DNA of 63,142 bases, the filler included, from Candidatus Rokuibacteriota bacterium (GTDB lineage Bacteria; JAUVQV01; DATDCY01): the NCBI GenBank assembly GCA_031406795.1. It is 5 parts of 5 records of this genome, joined end to end, with 100 filler letters (N's around TTAATTAATTAA, not from the genome) between each part and the next. Parts side by side here need not be neighbours in the genome. Positions count along the whole stretch, not along the records: positions 20,575 to 33,814 come from JANOHV010000039.1; positions 33,915 to 49,725 come from JANOHV010000083.1; 3 more parts are not named here. One strand, 5' to 3'. The notes beneath the pieces are model-generated. The model had not been told where the DNA came from, made no database searches, and saw only the letters and a list, made by a program, of their open reading frames with translations. Each line of letters begins with the position of its first letter. Position 1 is the stretch's first letter. This document shows positions 25,077 to 35,223 of this stretch, piece after piece. The translations under genes were made by a program, and so were the position numbers.

Positions 25077-27305
25077 TCACCCGAGCACTTCGCGGAGAGC
25101 CGCGCTCAGACCGGCGACCTGGTAAGGTTTGGCGATGACGCCGCAAAAACCGTAGGCCAGGTGATTGCCCATCACCGGGTCGTTCGAGTAGCCGCTGGAG
25201 ACGATCGCCCTGACCTGCGGATCCAGCGCGCGCAGCAACTCCAGCGCCTTCACCCCGCCGATTCCGCCGGGGATGGTCAAATCGAGGATGACCACGTCGA
25301 ACGGAGCTCCTGAGTCGATCCCGCGGCGGTAGGCGTCCACCGCCGCGCCCCCGTCGGCGGCGGCCTCGACCGAGTAACCCAGGGTCCGAAGCATGCGCGC
25401 GAGCACCTCACGCACGAGCGGCTCGTCGTCCATGACGAGCACCCTGCCCTCCCCGGGAACGATTCCCGATGCTCCCGTCTGGTTGTCCCTGCCGGCCGGA
25501 ACGGCCGGCAGATGGATCGTGAATGTCGTGCCCGCGCCCGCTTTGGATGCGACGCGGATGTGCCCGCCGTGATTCCGGATCACCGAGTAGGCGACCGCGA
25601 GCCCGAGACCCGTGCCCGTCTCCTTTGTCGTGAAATAGGGGTCGAAAATCCTGGAGAGAGCTTCCTCGGGTATCCCCGTCCCGCTGTCGGCGACCGTGAT
25701 TCGCGCATAACTTCCCGGTTGCACCACGGCTCCCGAGCCGGACGCGATGACGACGTTGGACGCGCTCATGCGGATCGTCCCGCCCTCGGGCATGGCCTGG
25801 CAGGCGTTGATGGCGAGGTTGTGGAAAACCTGGCCGATCTGCCCCTCGTCGCCACGGATCGCCCAGAGCCCGTCGGGGACCGTGCAGTCGGCCCGGCAGT
25901 TCGTCCCGTGCAGCCCGAATTGGATGGCGCGCGCGGCGACCGCGCCAATGTCGATTTCCCGCAGGATCGGCGCCCCGCCGCGGGAGAAGGTCAGCAGCTG
26001 CTGGGTCAGCTCGCGTGCCTGCATGGTCGCCTGCTCGGCCTGCTCGAGGTCGCGGGCGGGGGTCTCCCCGGGAGGAAGCTCCATGCGGGCAAGGGAGATG
26101 CTACCCAGAATGACGGCGAGCAGGTTGTTGAAGTCGTGCGCGATCCCGCCCGCCAGGATGCCGACGGACTCGAGCTTCTGCTTGTTGAGTTGCTCCTGCT
26201 CGATGCGCGCCTGGTCCGTGACGTCCTCGATCGCCAGGACGACACGCCCCGGGCGACCGGGGTGCTCGCCGATCGGGGTGGCGCTGACACTCAGCAACAC
26301 CGTGCGGCCGTCGGCGGTCTCGATCTTCAGGCGGGCGCCGCGCACCAGATCGCCGCCGGCCACGACCCGCGCGAGGGGCGGCGCCGCCTCGGGCAGCGCG
26401 CGTCCCTGCCGGTCCGTGGCGCTCTCGATCCCCCGCCGGTCCAGCCCGAGGATCCTCCCCGCCGCGGCATTGGCGAAGGTGACCTGCCCGTCGGCGTCGA
26501 GCGTCAGAATCCCCGCCGGGCTGGCTTCCATCAGATTGCCGATAAAATCACGCTCCAGCCGCAGCGCTTCCTCGGCGCGCCTGCGCTCGAAAATCTCCTC
26601 GGAAAGCGTGCGGTTCACCCGCTCCAGCTCGGCGGTCCGCTCGCGGACGGCCTGCTCGAGGGCCGCCTGGTGCGCCTCCAGCGCGCGCTCGATCTCCCGG
26701 CGAACCGCCACCTCCCGCCGCACCTCGGCGATGGTATTCCTGAGACGGCGCACCATCAGCGCCAGGATCCCGGCGGCGGCGACGAAGTTCGTGGAGATCA
26801 GGAACCAGTAGCGCTCGGGCGTGTTGCTGACCTGCGGTGTCGGCAACAGCCCGTTCTTCTGCAGCCCGAGAAAGGCAAGTCCGAGCAGCGTGCTCGCCGC
26901 CGCCATCATGAAAGCCGCGCGGCCGCCGAGGATGAAGCCGATGCTGATGATGAGGATCACGTGGGTTGAATAGCCCGGGGCCTGCACGCCGCCCGCGGTG
27001 GAGTTGACGTAGCTGAGCGCCGCCCAGGCGAAGACGCCGAACGCGATCGCGGTGACGCGGATGTAGCCGCGCCGCAGCGCCAGGGCGTGCAGCGAGAGCG
27101 TGCCCAGCAGCCCGCCCTCGATCAACGCGATCCGCCACCACGGGTCTCCCGAGAGAATCATCGGCGGAACCGCGAGGAGATTGGCGAGCAACCCGAAGAC
27201 AATGCCATAGTGGACCATGGCGGCGGCGGTGCTCTTGTCATCGTCGCCCGGGAAGACGGGCGGGGACAACAGGTCTTTCAAACGAGCCCGAACGCCGCTG
27301 CCCAT
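25077..27305 (-). CDS. Membrane-bound hybrid sensor histidine kinase (TM-PAS-HisKA-HATPase-REC)
   Basis: About six TM helices; PAS; AGGIAHDFNNLL H-box; NLAINACQAM, DSGTGI, FTTKETGTGLGL; receiver VMDDE...ILDLTIPG...AKPY. Confidence 0.93.
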   Translation of the reverse strand: MGSGVRARLKDLLSPPVFPGDDDKSTAAAMVHYGIVFGLLANLLAVPPMILSGDPWWRIALIEGGLLGTLSLHALALRRGYIRVTAIAFGVFAWAALSYVNSTAGGVQAPGYSTHVILIISIGFILGGRAAFMMAAASTLLGLAFLGLQKNGLLPTPQVSNTPERYWFLISTNFVAAAGILALMVRRLRNTIAEVRREVAVRREIERALEAHQAALEQAVRERTAELERVNRTLSEEIFERRRAEEALRLERDFIGNLMEASPAGILTLDADGQVTFANAAAGRILGLDRRGIESATDRQGRALPEAAPPLARVVAGGDLVRGARLKIETADGRTVLLSVSATPIGEHPGRPGRVVLAIEDVTDQARIEQEQLNKQKLESVGILAGGIAHDFNNLLAVILGSISLARMELPPGETPARDLEQAEQATMQARELTQQLLTFSRGGAPILREIDIGAVAARAIQFGLHGTNCRADCTVPDGLWAIRGDEGQIGQVFHNLAINACQAMPEGGTIRMSASNVVIASGSGAVVQPGSYARITVADSGTGIPEEALSRIFDPYFTTKETGTGLGLAVAYSVIRNHGGHIRVASKAGAGTTFTIHLPAVPAGRDNQTGASGIVPGEGRVLVMDDEPLVREVLARMLRTLGYSVEAAADGGAAVDAYRRGIDSGAPFDVVILDLTIPGGIGGVKALELLRALDPQVRAIVSSGYSNDPVMGNHLAYGFCGVIAKPYQVAGLSAALREVLG

Positions 27306-27440
27306 GTCTGTGTGCCGCCCCCCGGAGAAGGCGATGGTATCTCGAATGCGACGCGGCATGCAACACCGGGCGCCCCACGCGGGAGAAACCCGGCGTGCAG
27401 GGCTTCACGCCGGGGGGCGGCGCGGGTAGAGTGTCCCGTC

Positions 27441-28568
27441 ATGACGGCACATCTCGAATATCTCGCACCGGCTCCGCAAGCCCGGCCCCAGCCGCTGCGG
27501 GGTCTGCTGCCCCGCGAAATCCAGGCCCGCTTCGCCGCGAGCGGCATCGACGAGGGGGAGGCGCGCCGGATATTCGCCGCGGCCGTCAACCGTTTCGCGG
27601 ACGACCTTTCGGCGGTGCGCGGTCTGCGCCGTTCGGTGCGCGAGGCCGTGCTGCGCGACGCTCTCCTCGACGCTCCGCTGGTTCTCGAGCGGCGCGAGGC
27701 GGCGGACGGCTTCGTGAAATATCTGCTGGCACTGCGCGACGGCTTGCGCGTCGAGGCCGTGCGCATTCCGCTCGAACTGCCCCGCGCCTCGGTCTGCATC
27801 TCTTCAATGGTCGGCTGTCTGCTGCGCTGCACCTTCTGCGCGACCGGTGGCCTCGGCTATGGGCGCTCGCTCGCGGCGGACGAGATGGTCGGCCAGTTCC
27901 TGCGCGTGCGCGCCGAGAGCCCGCGCCCCGTGACCAGCGCGGTCTTCATGGGGATGGGCGAGCCGCTGCTGAACTACGACGCCGTCATGCGCGCCGCGTA
28001 CATCCTCTCGCAACCCGGCGGCGGCGGCATCTCGTCGAAGGCGATCAGCATCGGCACCGCCGGCGTGGTGCCGGCCATCCGGCGCTACACCGCCGAGGGC
28101 CACCCGTTCCGACTCTTCATTTCGCTGACCGCGGCATCGAGCGCGAAACGCCGACGCTTCCTGCCCCACGAGGCGACCTGGCCGGTCGAAGAACTGGCGG
28201 AGGCGATCCGCGAGCGCGCCGCGGCAACGCGGGGGCGGGTGAACGTGGCCTGGGTGATGATCGGCGGCGTCAACACCGGCGACGAGGACGCCGCCGACCT
28301 GGCCCGCCTTCTGCGCGGCGTGCCGCTGATCATCAATCTCATCGACGTGCAGGACCCGGCCGGGCGCTACCACCCGCCCGGGGAAGCCGAGCGCAAGGCC
28401 TTCCGCAACGCCCTCACGGCGCGCCTCGGCCAGCCGACCGTCTGGCGCTACAGCGGCGGCGCGCAGATCGGGGCCGCCTGCGGGATGCTGGCCGGGCGGC
28501 CGGCCAGCGGCGAGGAAACCCTGGCGACGCCCCGCCGCGATCCCCCGGCTACCGCAGCCGCTTGTTGA
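27441..28568 (+). CDS. RlmN/Cfr-family radical SAM methyltransferase (divergent)
   Basis: CISSMVGCLLRCTFCATG (CxxxCxxC plus the upstream catalytic Cys), VFMGMGEPLLN, C-terminal IGAACGML. Confidence 0.85.
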   Translation: MTAHLEYLAPAPQARPQPLRGLLPREIQARFAASGIDEGEARRIFAAAVNRFADDLSAVRGLRRSVREAVLRDALLDAPLVLERREAADGFVKYLLALRDGLRVEAVRIPLELPRASVCISSMVGCLLRCTFCATGGLGYGRSLAADEMVGQFLRVRAESPRPVTSAVFMGMGEPLLNYDAVMRAAYILSQPGGGGISSKAISIGTAGVVPAIRRYTAEGHPFRLFISLTAASSAKRRRFLPHEATWPVEELAEAIRERAAATRGRVNVAWVMIGGVNTGDEDAADLARLLRGVPLIINLIDVQDPAGRYHPPGEAERKAFRNALTARLGQPTVWRYSGGAQIGAACGMLAGRPASGEETLATPRRDPPATAAAC

Positions 28569-29079
28569 ATTCCTCCGACGAAAGGAACGCCTCGACCACG
28601 TCGGCCCGGCTCCTGCCGTTCTGAAGATCCTGCGCGTGGGAGTTCAGGCCGGAGGCCTCCGGCTCGCGGCCGAGCAGCCCGATGTAGCACTGTCGAACGA
28701 AGAACTCGTCGGAAGTCATGAACTCCTGAACCAGCATCGTCGGATTCGCGTCCCTGCCGAGCCGCTCTCTCCAGAGGCGCAGATCGCCAGGCGACGGCTG
28801 ACGGTTCAGGAAGCCCTGGTAGAGAAGGCGAATGAAGCGCTCCTCACCATACCGCTGGCGATCTCGATCTCGGCCGCGATCGCGATCGCGATCGCGATCG
28901 CGGTCGCGGTCGCGGTCACGGTCGCGGCCGCGGTCGCGGTCTCCCGGCGGGTCCCGTCTCGCCGCCCCGCCGGGGCCGAACCACGGCGCCGCCGCACCGG
29001 CGCTCGCTGCGGTGGTCAAAATCACGCCCAGCAGCAGGGCCGCCGGCAACGACGCCATCGTATTCCATCGGGCATTCAT
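28549..29079 (-). CDS. Secreted protein with an Arg-Asp repeat and DUF4214-like helical repeats
   Basis: Signal peptide; (DR)n tract; two FIRLLYQGFLNRQP / FVRQCYIGLLGREP...SRADVVEAFLSSEEF repeats; AAGGAGG RBS. Confidence 0.7.
   Translation of the reverse strand: MNARWNTMASLPAALLLGVILTTAASAGAAAPWFGPGGAARRDPPGDRDRGRDRDRDRDRDRDRDRDRGRDRDRQRYGEERFIRLLYQGFLNRQPSPGDLRLWRERLGRDANPTMLVQEFMTSDEFFVRQCYIGLLGREPEASGLNSHAQDLQNGRSRADVVEAFLSSEEFNKRLR
28858..28941. repeat. Hexanucleotide tandem repeat encoding (Asp-Arg)n
   Basis: About 14 imperfect GATCGC/GGTCGC units. Confidence 0.85.
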
Positions 29080-29248
29080 CGGCTTGCCTCCTTGTGGCAG
29101 ACGATCGGGTTGGTACTCCCTTCAGCGCCTCCCCGGGGGGGATCGCCCTGCTCCCTTTGTATTCTCCGGCCCGGGCCGGGCACTGTCAAGCGGGCGAGGC
29201 TTCCCGTGGGCGCCGGATCTTTGCGAGTGCCGTGAGTCCGGCGGCCGC

Positions 29249-30250
29249 TCAGAACTCCCGGAGCAGGCCGAGCGAATCCATCTCCTCGCGGTTGAGGAGG
29301 GAGTCGATGCCGCGGATCGACGGGTCCCGGGGCGCTGCCGCGCCGGGAGCAGCGGCCGTCGACGGCGCGGATTTCGGCGCTGCCGGCACGGGATCCGGAG
29401 CGCAGGCGGTCGCCTGCGCCGGCGGCAGGGCCGCGGACTTGAGCCCCAGATCAGCGACCACGCCCTCGACCACGGACGCGTCGATGTGGTCCTTGCGGAT
29501 GAGATAGGCTTCGAAGAGACAGTTGTCGCAGATGACATTGATCAGGCGGGGAATGCCCCGCGCGTACCGGTGGATCAACTGGAGCGCCTCGGGGCGAAAG
29601 AGTTCGCGGTCGGCGCCGCCGGCGACCTGGAGCCGGTGGCGGATGTACGCGGCGGTCGAGTCGAGCCCCATCGCGCTCAGCCGATACCGCAGCGCAACCC
29701 GTTGCTGCAGCGGTTCGTCGAGCGCGAGCGTCTGGTCGAGGCTCTGCAGCCCGAAGAAAATGAAGGTCACCAGCTTGTGCGCCGGCAACTCGAGATTCAG
29801 CAGCCCGCGGAACTCCTCCATCAGCTCGCGCGATTGCAGCATCTGGGCCTCGTCGATGAGCACCACCGCCTTGCGCCCCTCCTCCCGGATCGCGAGAAGC
29901 CGGTGGTAGATCGCGGCGAGGGTTTCGATCTTCCCCTCCGGAATGGTTTCGACGCCCAGCTGGGCCGCGATCTTGCGCAGCAGCCACTCCGAGGTGACCG
30001 CAGAGTGAACGATGACCAGCAGCGCGGACTCGAACTCCTTCTCGTCCAGATCGTCGAGCAGATGGCGGGCCAGGGTCGTTTTCCCGGCGCCGATGTCGCC
30101 GACGAGTACCGCGAGGCCGACATTCGAACTCGCCGCGTGCTTGAGCCGCAGCAGCGCCTGGTTGTGCTGGCTGCTGTTGAAGTAGTAGCGCGCGTCGGGA
30201 GCGTTGGAGAACGGCTGCTCGCGCAGCTTGAAGAAATCCTCGTAGCTCAT
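29249..30250 (-). CDS. ExeA/GspA-family AAA ATPase
   Basis: MSYEDFFKLREQPFSNAPD, Walker A GDIGAGKTT, Walker B VLIDEAQ, GIPRLINVICDNCL. Confidence 0.9.
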   Translation of the reverse strand: MSYEDFFKLREQPFSNAPDARYYFNSSQHNQALLRLKHAASSNVGLAVLVGDIGAGKTTLARHLLDDLDEKEFESALLVIVHSAVTSEWLLRKIAAQLGVETIPEGKIETLAAIYHRLLAIREEGRKAVVLIDEAQMLQSRELMEEFRGLLNLELPAHKLVTFIFFGLQSLDQTLALDEPLQQRVALRYRLSAMGLDSTAAYIRHRLQVAGGADRELFRPEALQLIHRYARGIPRLINVICDNCLFEAYLIRKDHIDASVVEGVVADLGLKSAALPPAQATACAPDPVPAAPKSAPSTAAAPGAAAPRDPSIRGIDSLLNREEMDSLGLLREF

Positions 30251-30302
30251 GGGGGAATGATACACCCGCGAACCCGGAGGAGGGAAGACCCGACTGCGGA
30301 CC

Positions 30303-33300
30303 CTAGAGGTAAGAGACCTTGGATTTCTTGCGCGGGGGAGGGTCTGCTACGGGGGGCGGCGCGGGCGCGCCGACGCGGGCGCTCACGTCGCGATAGCTGG
30401 GATCGATGGCCTGGAGGCGCCGCAGCACCTCGAGCGCCTCGGCCGACCGCCCGGCCTGCCCGTGCAGTGCGGCGAGATCATAGAGGAACCCCTTCTGGTC
30501 CTCGCTGCCTTCGGCCGCGAGCGTGATGCCGGTGCGCAACCTGAGGGCGGACTCGTCGAAACGGCCCATCTCGCGCAGGCACAGGGCGATCATGCTGACG
30601 GCGTCCAGGCGTCGCACCGGACTCTTCTCGGCGAGCGTGAGCTCGGCGATGGCCTCGTCCATGAGCCCCATCTCCTTGTAGGCGATGCCGAGATTGTAGT
30701 GCGTCTCGAAGTCCTCGTCGCCGAGCTGCTCCTTCACCGAACGCTGGAACTCCTGGAAGATCTCCGCCAGACTCTCTTCGCCCGACGATGGCGAGGCGGC
30801 CGGCTCCGGGACGGATTCGGTTTCCAGCTCATGCCGCAGGTCGGTGAGGAAATCGGAATAGTCCGGAGCCCCGGCCTCGGTGCGCGGCTCGGGGCTTACC
30901 CCGCCGAAGGCCTCGTCGAGAGCTTCATCGAGGTTGGCGATTTCGGTGTTTTCGTGGACGACCGGCGACGGGGTGCGCAGCTCCTCGAGCTTGCGCAGCT
31001 GCATGGTCACGACCGGATGCCCGGGGGCGATACGCAGCAGCTTGGAGTAGAGGAACTCGGCCTCGTCGACCAATCCCTGCTGAAAATAGAAGTCGGCCTC
31101 CGCAAGGAATTCCTCGAACTCGCCCATACCGGTGCTGGCCGCGGCCACGCCCCCCCCCGGAGCGATCGACGGCACGGAGATCGCCGTCGGGGCGGGTGGC
31201 GGCTCCGGGCGGGGCGCACCGAGACCGGCCGGTTCCTCGCTGAAATCGTCGAGGGTGAACTCCTCGAGAGCGGGGTGAACGGACACGTACGCCTCTGGAG
31301 CGGCTGCCGGAGGCGCCGGGGCGGTCTCGTGTTCGGCCAGATCCTCGACGTCCCAGAATTGCGGAGCGGCATCCTCGAATGACACCTCTTCGGCGGCGAG
31401 GGCGCCTTCCAAAACCAGCATGGGTTCAGGCGGGGGCTCCGGCAGGGGTTCGGGCCCCGGTTCGGGCAGGGCTTCAGGTGCGGGTTCGGGCTCCGGCTCG
31501 GGTTCCAGTTCTGCCACGGGCTCGAGTTCCGGTACGGGTTCGGGTTCCGGTACTGGTTCGGGTTCCGGCTCGGGTTCCGGTTCCGGCAGTGTCTCGAAGG
31601 CGGGTTCCGATTCCGGCACCTTCTCCGGCACCGGTTCACCCGCGGGCTCCTCGGTCTCCTGCTCGAACAGCTCGAGGGTGATCTCCTCTTCGACAACGGC
31701 CGGCACGATCGGCGGCGGCGCCGCGGCGGCCTCCACCTCGACGATGAGATCGGCCAGCCCGCGCGCCGCCGCCGCGCTTCGCGGATCCGCGTCAAGCGCC
31801 CCCTTGTAGGCGGCGCGAGCCTCCGCGAACTGCCCGGCGCTTCGATGCAGGCTGGCCAGCCGCAGCAGGGCGTCCCGAACCCCGTGGCTCAGACCCAACT
31901 GGCGACGAGCCTCGACGAGCGCCTGCCAGGCCTCGATGTCCCCCGAATTTCTGCCCAGGTGCTCCTCGAGAAATTCCGTGGCTTTCTCCGGGGCCCCCTG
32001 CCGACTGATCGCCAGCGCTTCCGCGACGCTTGTCGGCTCGAGCAACCGGGCGTCGGGCTCCTCGCCCTCGACCTCAATGAGCAGTTCCTCTTCCTCCCCG
32101 ACACCGGCGCCGGCGCCGCCCACCGCGGCAAGATCGTCCTCCTCCAGATTGATTTCGACGACATCCTCCTCCCCGGCAGGCGGCGGGGGGGGCGGGACCG
32201 GGCGCGGAGGGGCCGGAGCCACCGACGGGGGCGCCGCGGGTTTCGGCGCCGGCGTGAGAGTCTGCAGCTGCTCCAGGCGCCGGATCGCCGCCGCGTCTCC
32301 GGGGTTGATCTCGAGAAATTTTTCGATCGCCCCCGCGGCGTTGCGCAGGAGCTTCTTCTTTTCGTACACCGTGGCGAGTTGGAGATAGGCCTTCGCGATC
32401 GAACCCTTTTCGCCCCGCTTCTGGGCGACCTCCAGGATGCGCTGGAAGATCCTGTCATCCTCGGGGGAGGCCTCCGCCATCTCGCGCAGCAGCGCTTCGG
32501 CCTGCTCGAGCCGGTTCTCGGCCAGATGGGCGCTGACGCAACGGCTGATGGCCGCGGTCCCCTTCTCGACTTCGCCGGCCTTGATGTATCCCCGGCCGAG
32601 CGCCAGGTTGACCGGGACCGAGTTCGGCTCGCGCTCCTGGGCCGCTTCGAGCACCTTGATGCCATCCTGCGGGTGGTTGACCCGGGTAAGCGCCTCGGCG
32701 TAGAGAACCAGCAGGCCGGTGTCGTGCGAGCCCTTGGCAACCGGCGTCTCCAGCAGGCCAACCACGACCGACCAGTCCTGACGCTGGGCGTAAATGTCGG
32801 CCAGCCGCCGCCTCGCCTCGCTGTTGCCCGGTGAGAGCTTGAACGCCCGGACGTACAGCCGGACGGCGGTGTCCATGTCCTTCTTGTCGGCGTAACCCTG
32901 GGCGGCGCGGACGTATTCCTCGGCCGCCTTCTCGGGGAATTTCTGTTTTTCGAACATGCCCGCCAGCTTCACGCGGACCGGGAGATTATCGGGGTCGAGA
33001 TCGGCGATCTTGCGGAAGATCTCCAGCGCGTTGGCGACTTCGCCCCTCTTGTCGTAGTAGCCGGCCACGTGCAGATACTGCGCCCGCCCTTCGGCGGCCA
33101 GCTTCTGGCTCGCGTAGAGATCGCCGAGCTTGATGCGCACCGCGATCGACTCGGGATCGAGGTTGATCACCTTCTGGCAGATGGCGATGGCGCGGAGCGC
33201 GAAGCCGTCCTTCTCGTAAAGCGCGGCGACCTCGAGGTACTCGGCGATGGCTTCCTTTTTCTTGCCCTGCTTGATCAGCAGGTCGCCGAGCGTGTTGTGC

Positions 33301-33422
33301 ACGGAGGCGTCGCGCGGGGCGAGCTTGATGATCGCCTTGTACGTCTCGACGGCCTTGTCGATCTTGCCGGCCTGGACCTGCTTGAGCGCCTCGCGGAGGA
33401 GGGCCTTCTTATCGACAGCCAT
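30303..33422 (-). CDS. Large TPR protein with an acidic Pro-Glu linker (SgmX-like architecture)
   Basis: Many N-terminal TPRs; (PE)n tract near 31420-31640; C-terminal TPRs with [17 protein letters not shown]; ends KKSKVSYL. Confidence 0.8.
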   Translation of the reverse strand: MAVDKKALLREALKQVQAGKIDKAVETYKAIIKLAPRDASVHNTLGDLLIKQGKKKEAIAEYLEVAALYEKDGFALRAIAICQKVINLDPESIAVRIKLGDLYASQKLAAEGRAQYLHVAGYYDKRGEVANALEIFRKIADLDPDNLPVRVKLAGMFEKQKFPEKAAEEYVRAAQGYADKKDMDTAVRLYVRAFKLSPGNSEARRRLADIYAQRQDWSVVVGLLETPVAKGSHDTGLLVLYAEALTRVNHPQDGIKVLEAAQEREPNSVPVNLALGRGYIKAGEVEKGTAAISRCVSAHLAENRLEQAEALLREMAEASPEDDRIFQRILEVAQKRGEKGSIAKAYLQLATVYEKKKLLRNAAGAIEKFLEINPGDAAAIRRLEQLQTLTPAPKPAAPPSVAPAPPRPVPPPPPPAGEEDVVEINLEEDDLAAVGGAGAGVGEEEELLIEVEGEEPDARLLEPTSVAEALAISRQGAPEKATEFLEEHLGRNSGDIEAWQALVEARRQLGLSHGVRDALLRLASLHRSAGQFAEARAAYKGALDADPRSAAAARGLADLIVEVEAAAAPPPIVPAVVEEEITLELFEQETEEPAGEPVPEKVPESEPAFETLPEPEPEPEPEPVPEPEPVPELEPVAELEPEPEPEPAPEALPEPGPEPLPEPPPEPMLVLEGALAAEEVSFEDAAPQFWDVEDLAEHETAPAPPAAAPEAYVSVHPALEEFTLDDFSEEPAGLGAPRPEPPPAPTAISVPSIAPGGGVAAASTGMGEFEEFLAEADFYFQQGLVDEAEFLYSKLLRIAPGHPVVTMQLRKLEELRTPSPVVHENTEIANLDEALDEAFGGVSPEPRTEAGAPDYSDFLTDLRHELETESVPEPAASPSSGEESLAEIFQEFQRSVKEQLGDEDFETHYNLGIAYKEMGLMDEAIAELTLAEKSPVRRLDAVSMIALCLREMGRFDESALRLRTGITLAAEGSEDQKGFLYDLAALHGQAGRSAEALEVLRRLQAIDPSYRDVSARVGAPAPPPVADPPPRKKSKVSYL

Positions 33423-33517
33423 ACCTTCCCACGCCCCCGCCGAGGGGGGCTGTCTGCGAGGCACCTTGTACCTCACGTTGTCGGGGATACCTAACAATCA
33501 GCCGAATAATTAATATG

Positions 33518-33814
33518 TTAGGACCCCGCCGGCCGCATGTCAACGAAACCGGCCATCCCCCCGAGCCGGGGGCTCAGATCGGCCAGGCCTGGAACGCCGG
33601 CCGCCGCGCGGCTCCCGGCGTTCCAGGCCACCGAGCGGTAGCGGCCCGCCTCCAGCGCCCGAGCCGCCCGCTCCTCGGCGCGGCTGACCTCACCGGGGAG
33701 AAAGCGCACGCCCCAGACGGCGGAGCAGCCGGCGGCGATCGCCGCTTCGACGCTCCCCGGCGTGGGCCGGTGCGGAAGAAGATCCGCCAGACCGGTCATC
33801 GGCGGCGCGCCCGC
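33518..33814 (-). CDS. Probable lipoate-protein ligase family C-terminal fragment (5'-truncated)
   Basis: MTGLADLL...GEVSRAEERAARALEAGRYRSVAWN resembles the LplA/LipM C-terminal helix. Only a short fragment is visible. Confidence 0.5.
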   Translation of the reverse strand, partial: AGAPPMTGLADLLPHRPTPGSVEAAIAAGCSAVWGVRFLPGEVSRAEERAARALEAGRYRSVAWNAGSRAAAGVPGLADLSPRLGGMAGFVDMRPAGS

Positions 33815-33914
33815 NNNNNNNNNNNNNNNNNNNNNNNNNNNNNNNNNNNNNNNNNNNNTTAATTAATTAANNNNNNNNNNNNNNNNNNNNNNNNNNNNNN
33901 NNNNNNNNNNNNNN
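33815..33914. other. Artificial contig-joining spacer
   Basis: N44-TTAATTAATTAA-N44. Confidence 0.98.
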
Positions 33915-33916
33915 TC

Positions 33917-34015
33917 TCCGGGACCGACGCACTGGCGCCGCGGGTGATCGGAGTGCCGTTTCACGACGGCTTGTCTGAGGCTGAGCTCGACCGCGTGGTG
34001 GCCTGTCTGCCATGA
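33917..34015 (+). CDS. DegT/DnrJ sugar aminotransferase C-terminal fragment
   Basis: SGTDALAPRVIGVPFHDGLSEAELDRVVACLP-stop; the stop overlaps the next ATG (ATGA). Confidence 0.65.
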   Translation, partial: SGTDALAPRVIGVPFHDGLSEAELDRVVACLP

Positions 34016-35223
34016 GCAACCCGCCGCTCCTCTCCTACATTGTTCTTTCCTACAACTACGCAGACTACATCGGCACGACGATCCGCAGCATCCTCGGCCA
34101 AACGGTGCAGGATTTTGAGATCGTGGTAGTGGATGATGCATCGCGGGATGCCTCGGTCGATGTCGTCCGCTCCTTCTCCGACCCACGCATCCGGCTGCTG
34201 ATCAATGACCACAACCTCGGCGGCGCCGGCAGCTACAACCGAGCCGTCGCCGCTGCGCGCGGCGACTGGCTGGTCAATCTGGACGCCGACGACTGGATCG
34301 CGCCACAGAAGGCGGAGCGCCAGTTGGCGGCCGCTGCTGCCGACCCGGGTCTCGATATCATCGGCACCTACGTGCACTTCGTGGACGCGCACGGCGCGCC
34401 CCATCCGCAAGCCGCGGGACTGGAGCCGCTCGTCAACGCGCCGCATGAACTCGGCCTCGCGGACAGCTGGGTCGGCACGAATTCACTCAGTCGCTCTTCC
34501 ACCATGGTCCGGCGAGCGACGCATCTGCGCATCGGCCTCGACGATCCGACCATGGTGCGCGCACCGGACTACGAGTTGTGGACCCGCGCCTTGCGTGAGG
34601 GTTGCCGCTTCCACGTGATCCCGGAACAACTGACGTTCTGCCGACTGATGTCCAGAGGCGTCACCCACGGCGACCCGGTTGGCACACTCCTCGAACTGAG
34701 TTACGCGATGCTGCGAAACCTGGTTCCACTCTGCGAGGCCGGCGCGCTGAACCAGACGCTGGCGCGCATCATCGCGTGGACGGCCCGGCATCCGCAGTTG
34801 AGCGCATTGCGGCCGGTAGAGGCGTATCGTCTGCTCGGCATGCTGATGACTTCGCCCAGCTTCGAGAACTTCGCCAGTTTCCGTGCTGCCCTTGCGGCCG
34901 CAGATGGTGACCCCGCCCTCGCGCGGACTGGCCGCCGTTGTCTCATCCTCAGCGGCGACGAATCGTCCTCGGAGGGGCACATCAGCAAGCTGGAGCGCGA
35001 CATTATGTCCTTTGTCGAGGCGCGTGATTTCTGGCACCGGCAGTGCGAACTCAGCGGCCAGGAGGCAAGCGACCTCCGGCTGCAGATCGCCAATCTCGAG
35101 CGTCACGTTGCGAACATTGCCGAGTCGCGTGACTTCTGGCGCGGCCAAACCGAGGGGACGGTTCTATGCAGACTCGCCCGGCTGACAAGCAGGGGATTCT
35201 CGCTCTTCTTCCGTTCCTCGTAA
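34012..35223 (+). CDS. GT2 glycosyltransferase with C-terminal coiled coil
   Basis: LSYIVLSYN, VVDDASRD, NLDADD, APDYELW; duplicated C-terminal LER....ARDFW motif. Confidence 0.88.
   Translation: MSNPPLLSYIVLSYNYADYIGTTIRSILGQTVQDFEIVVVDDASRDASVDVVRSFSDPRIRLLINDHNLGGAGSYNRAVAAARGDWLVNLDADDWIAPQKAERQLAAAAADPGLDIIGTYVHFVDAHGAPHPQAAGLEPLVNAPHELGLADSWVGTNSLSRSSTMVRRATHLRIGLDDPTMVRAPDYELWTRALREGCRFHVIPEQLTFCRLMSRGVTHGDPVGTLLELSYAMLRNLVPLCEAGALNQTLARIIAWTARHPQLSALRPVEAYRLLGMLMTSPSFENFASFRAALAAADGDPALARTGRRCLILSGDESSSEGHISKLERDIMSFVEARDFWHRQCELSGQEASDLRLQIANLERHVANIAESRDFWRGQTEGTVLCRLARLTSRGFSLFFRSS

Noticed and set aside
27441-28568. The radical SAM enzyme as the maturase of the 20-aa peptide
   Set aside because: It is RlmN/Cfr-type with no SPASM or RRE domain, and it lies on a different contig.
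31420-31640. GGTTCCGG/GGCTCGGG tandem repeats and the Gly-Ser-rich plus-strand ORF 31420-31809
   Set aside because: This is simply the antisense reading of the (Pro-Glu)n linker of the TPR protein.
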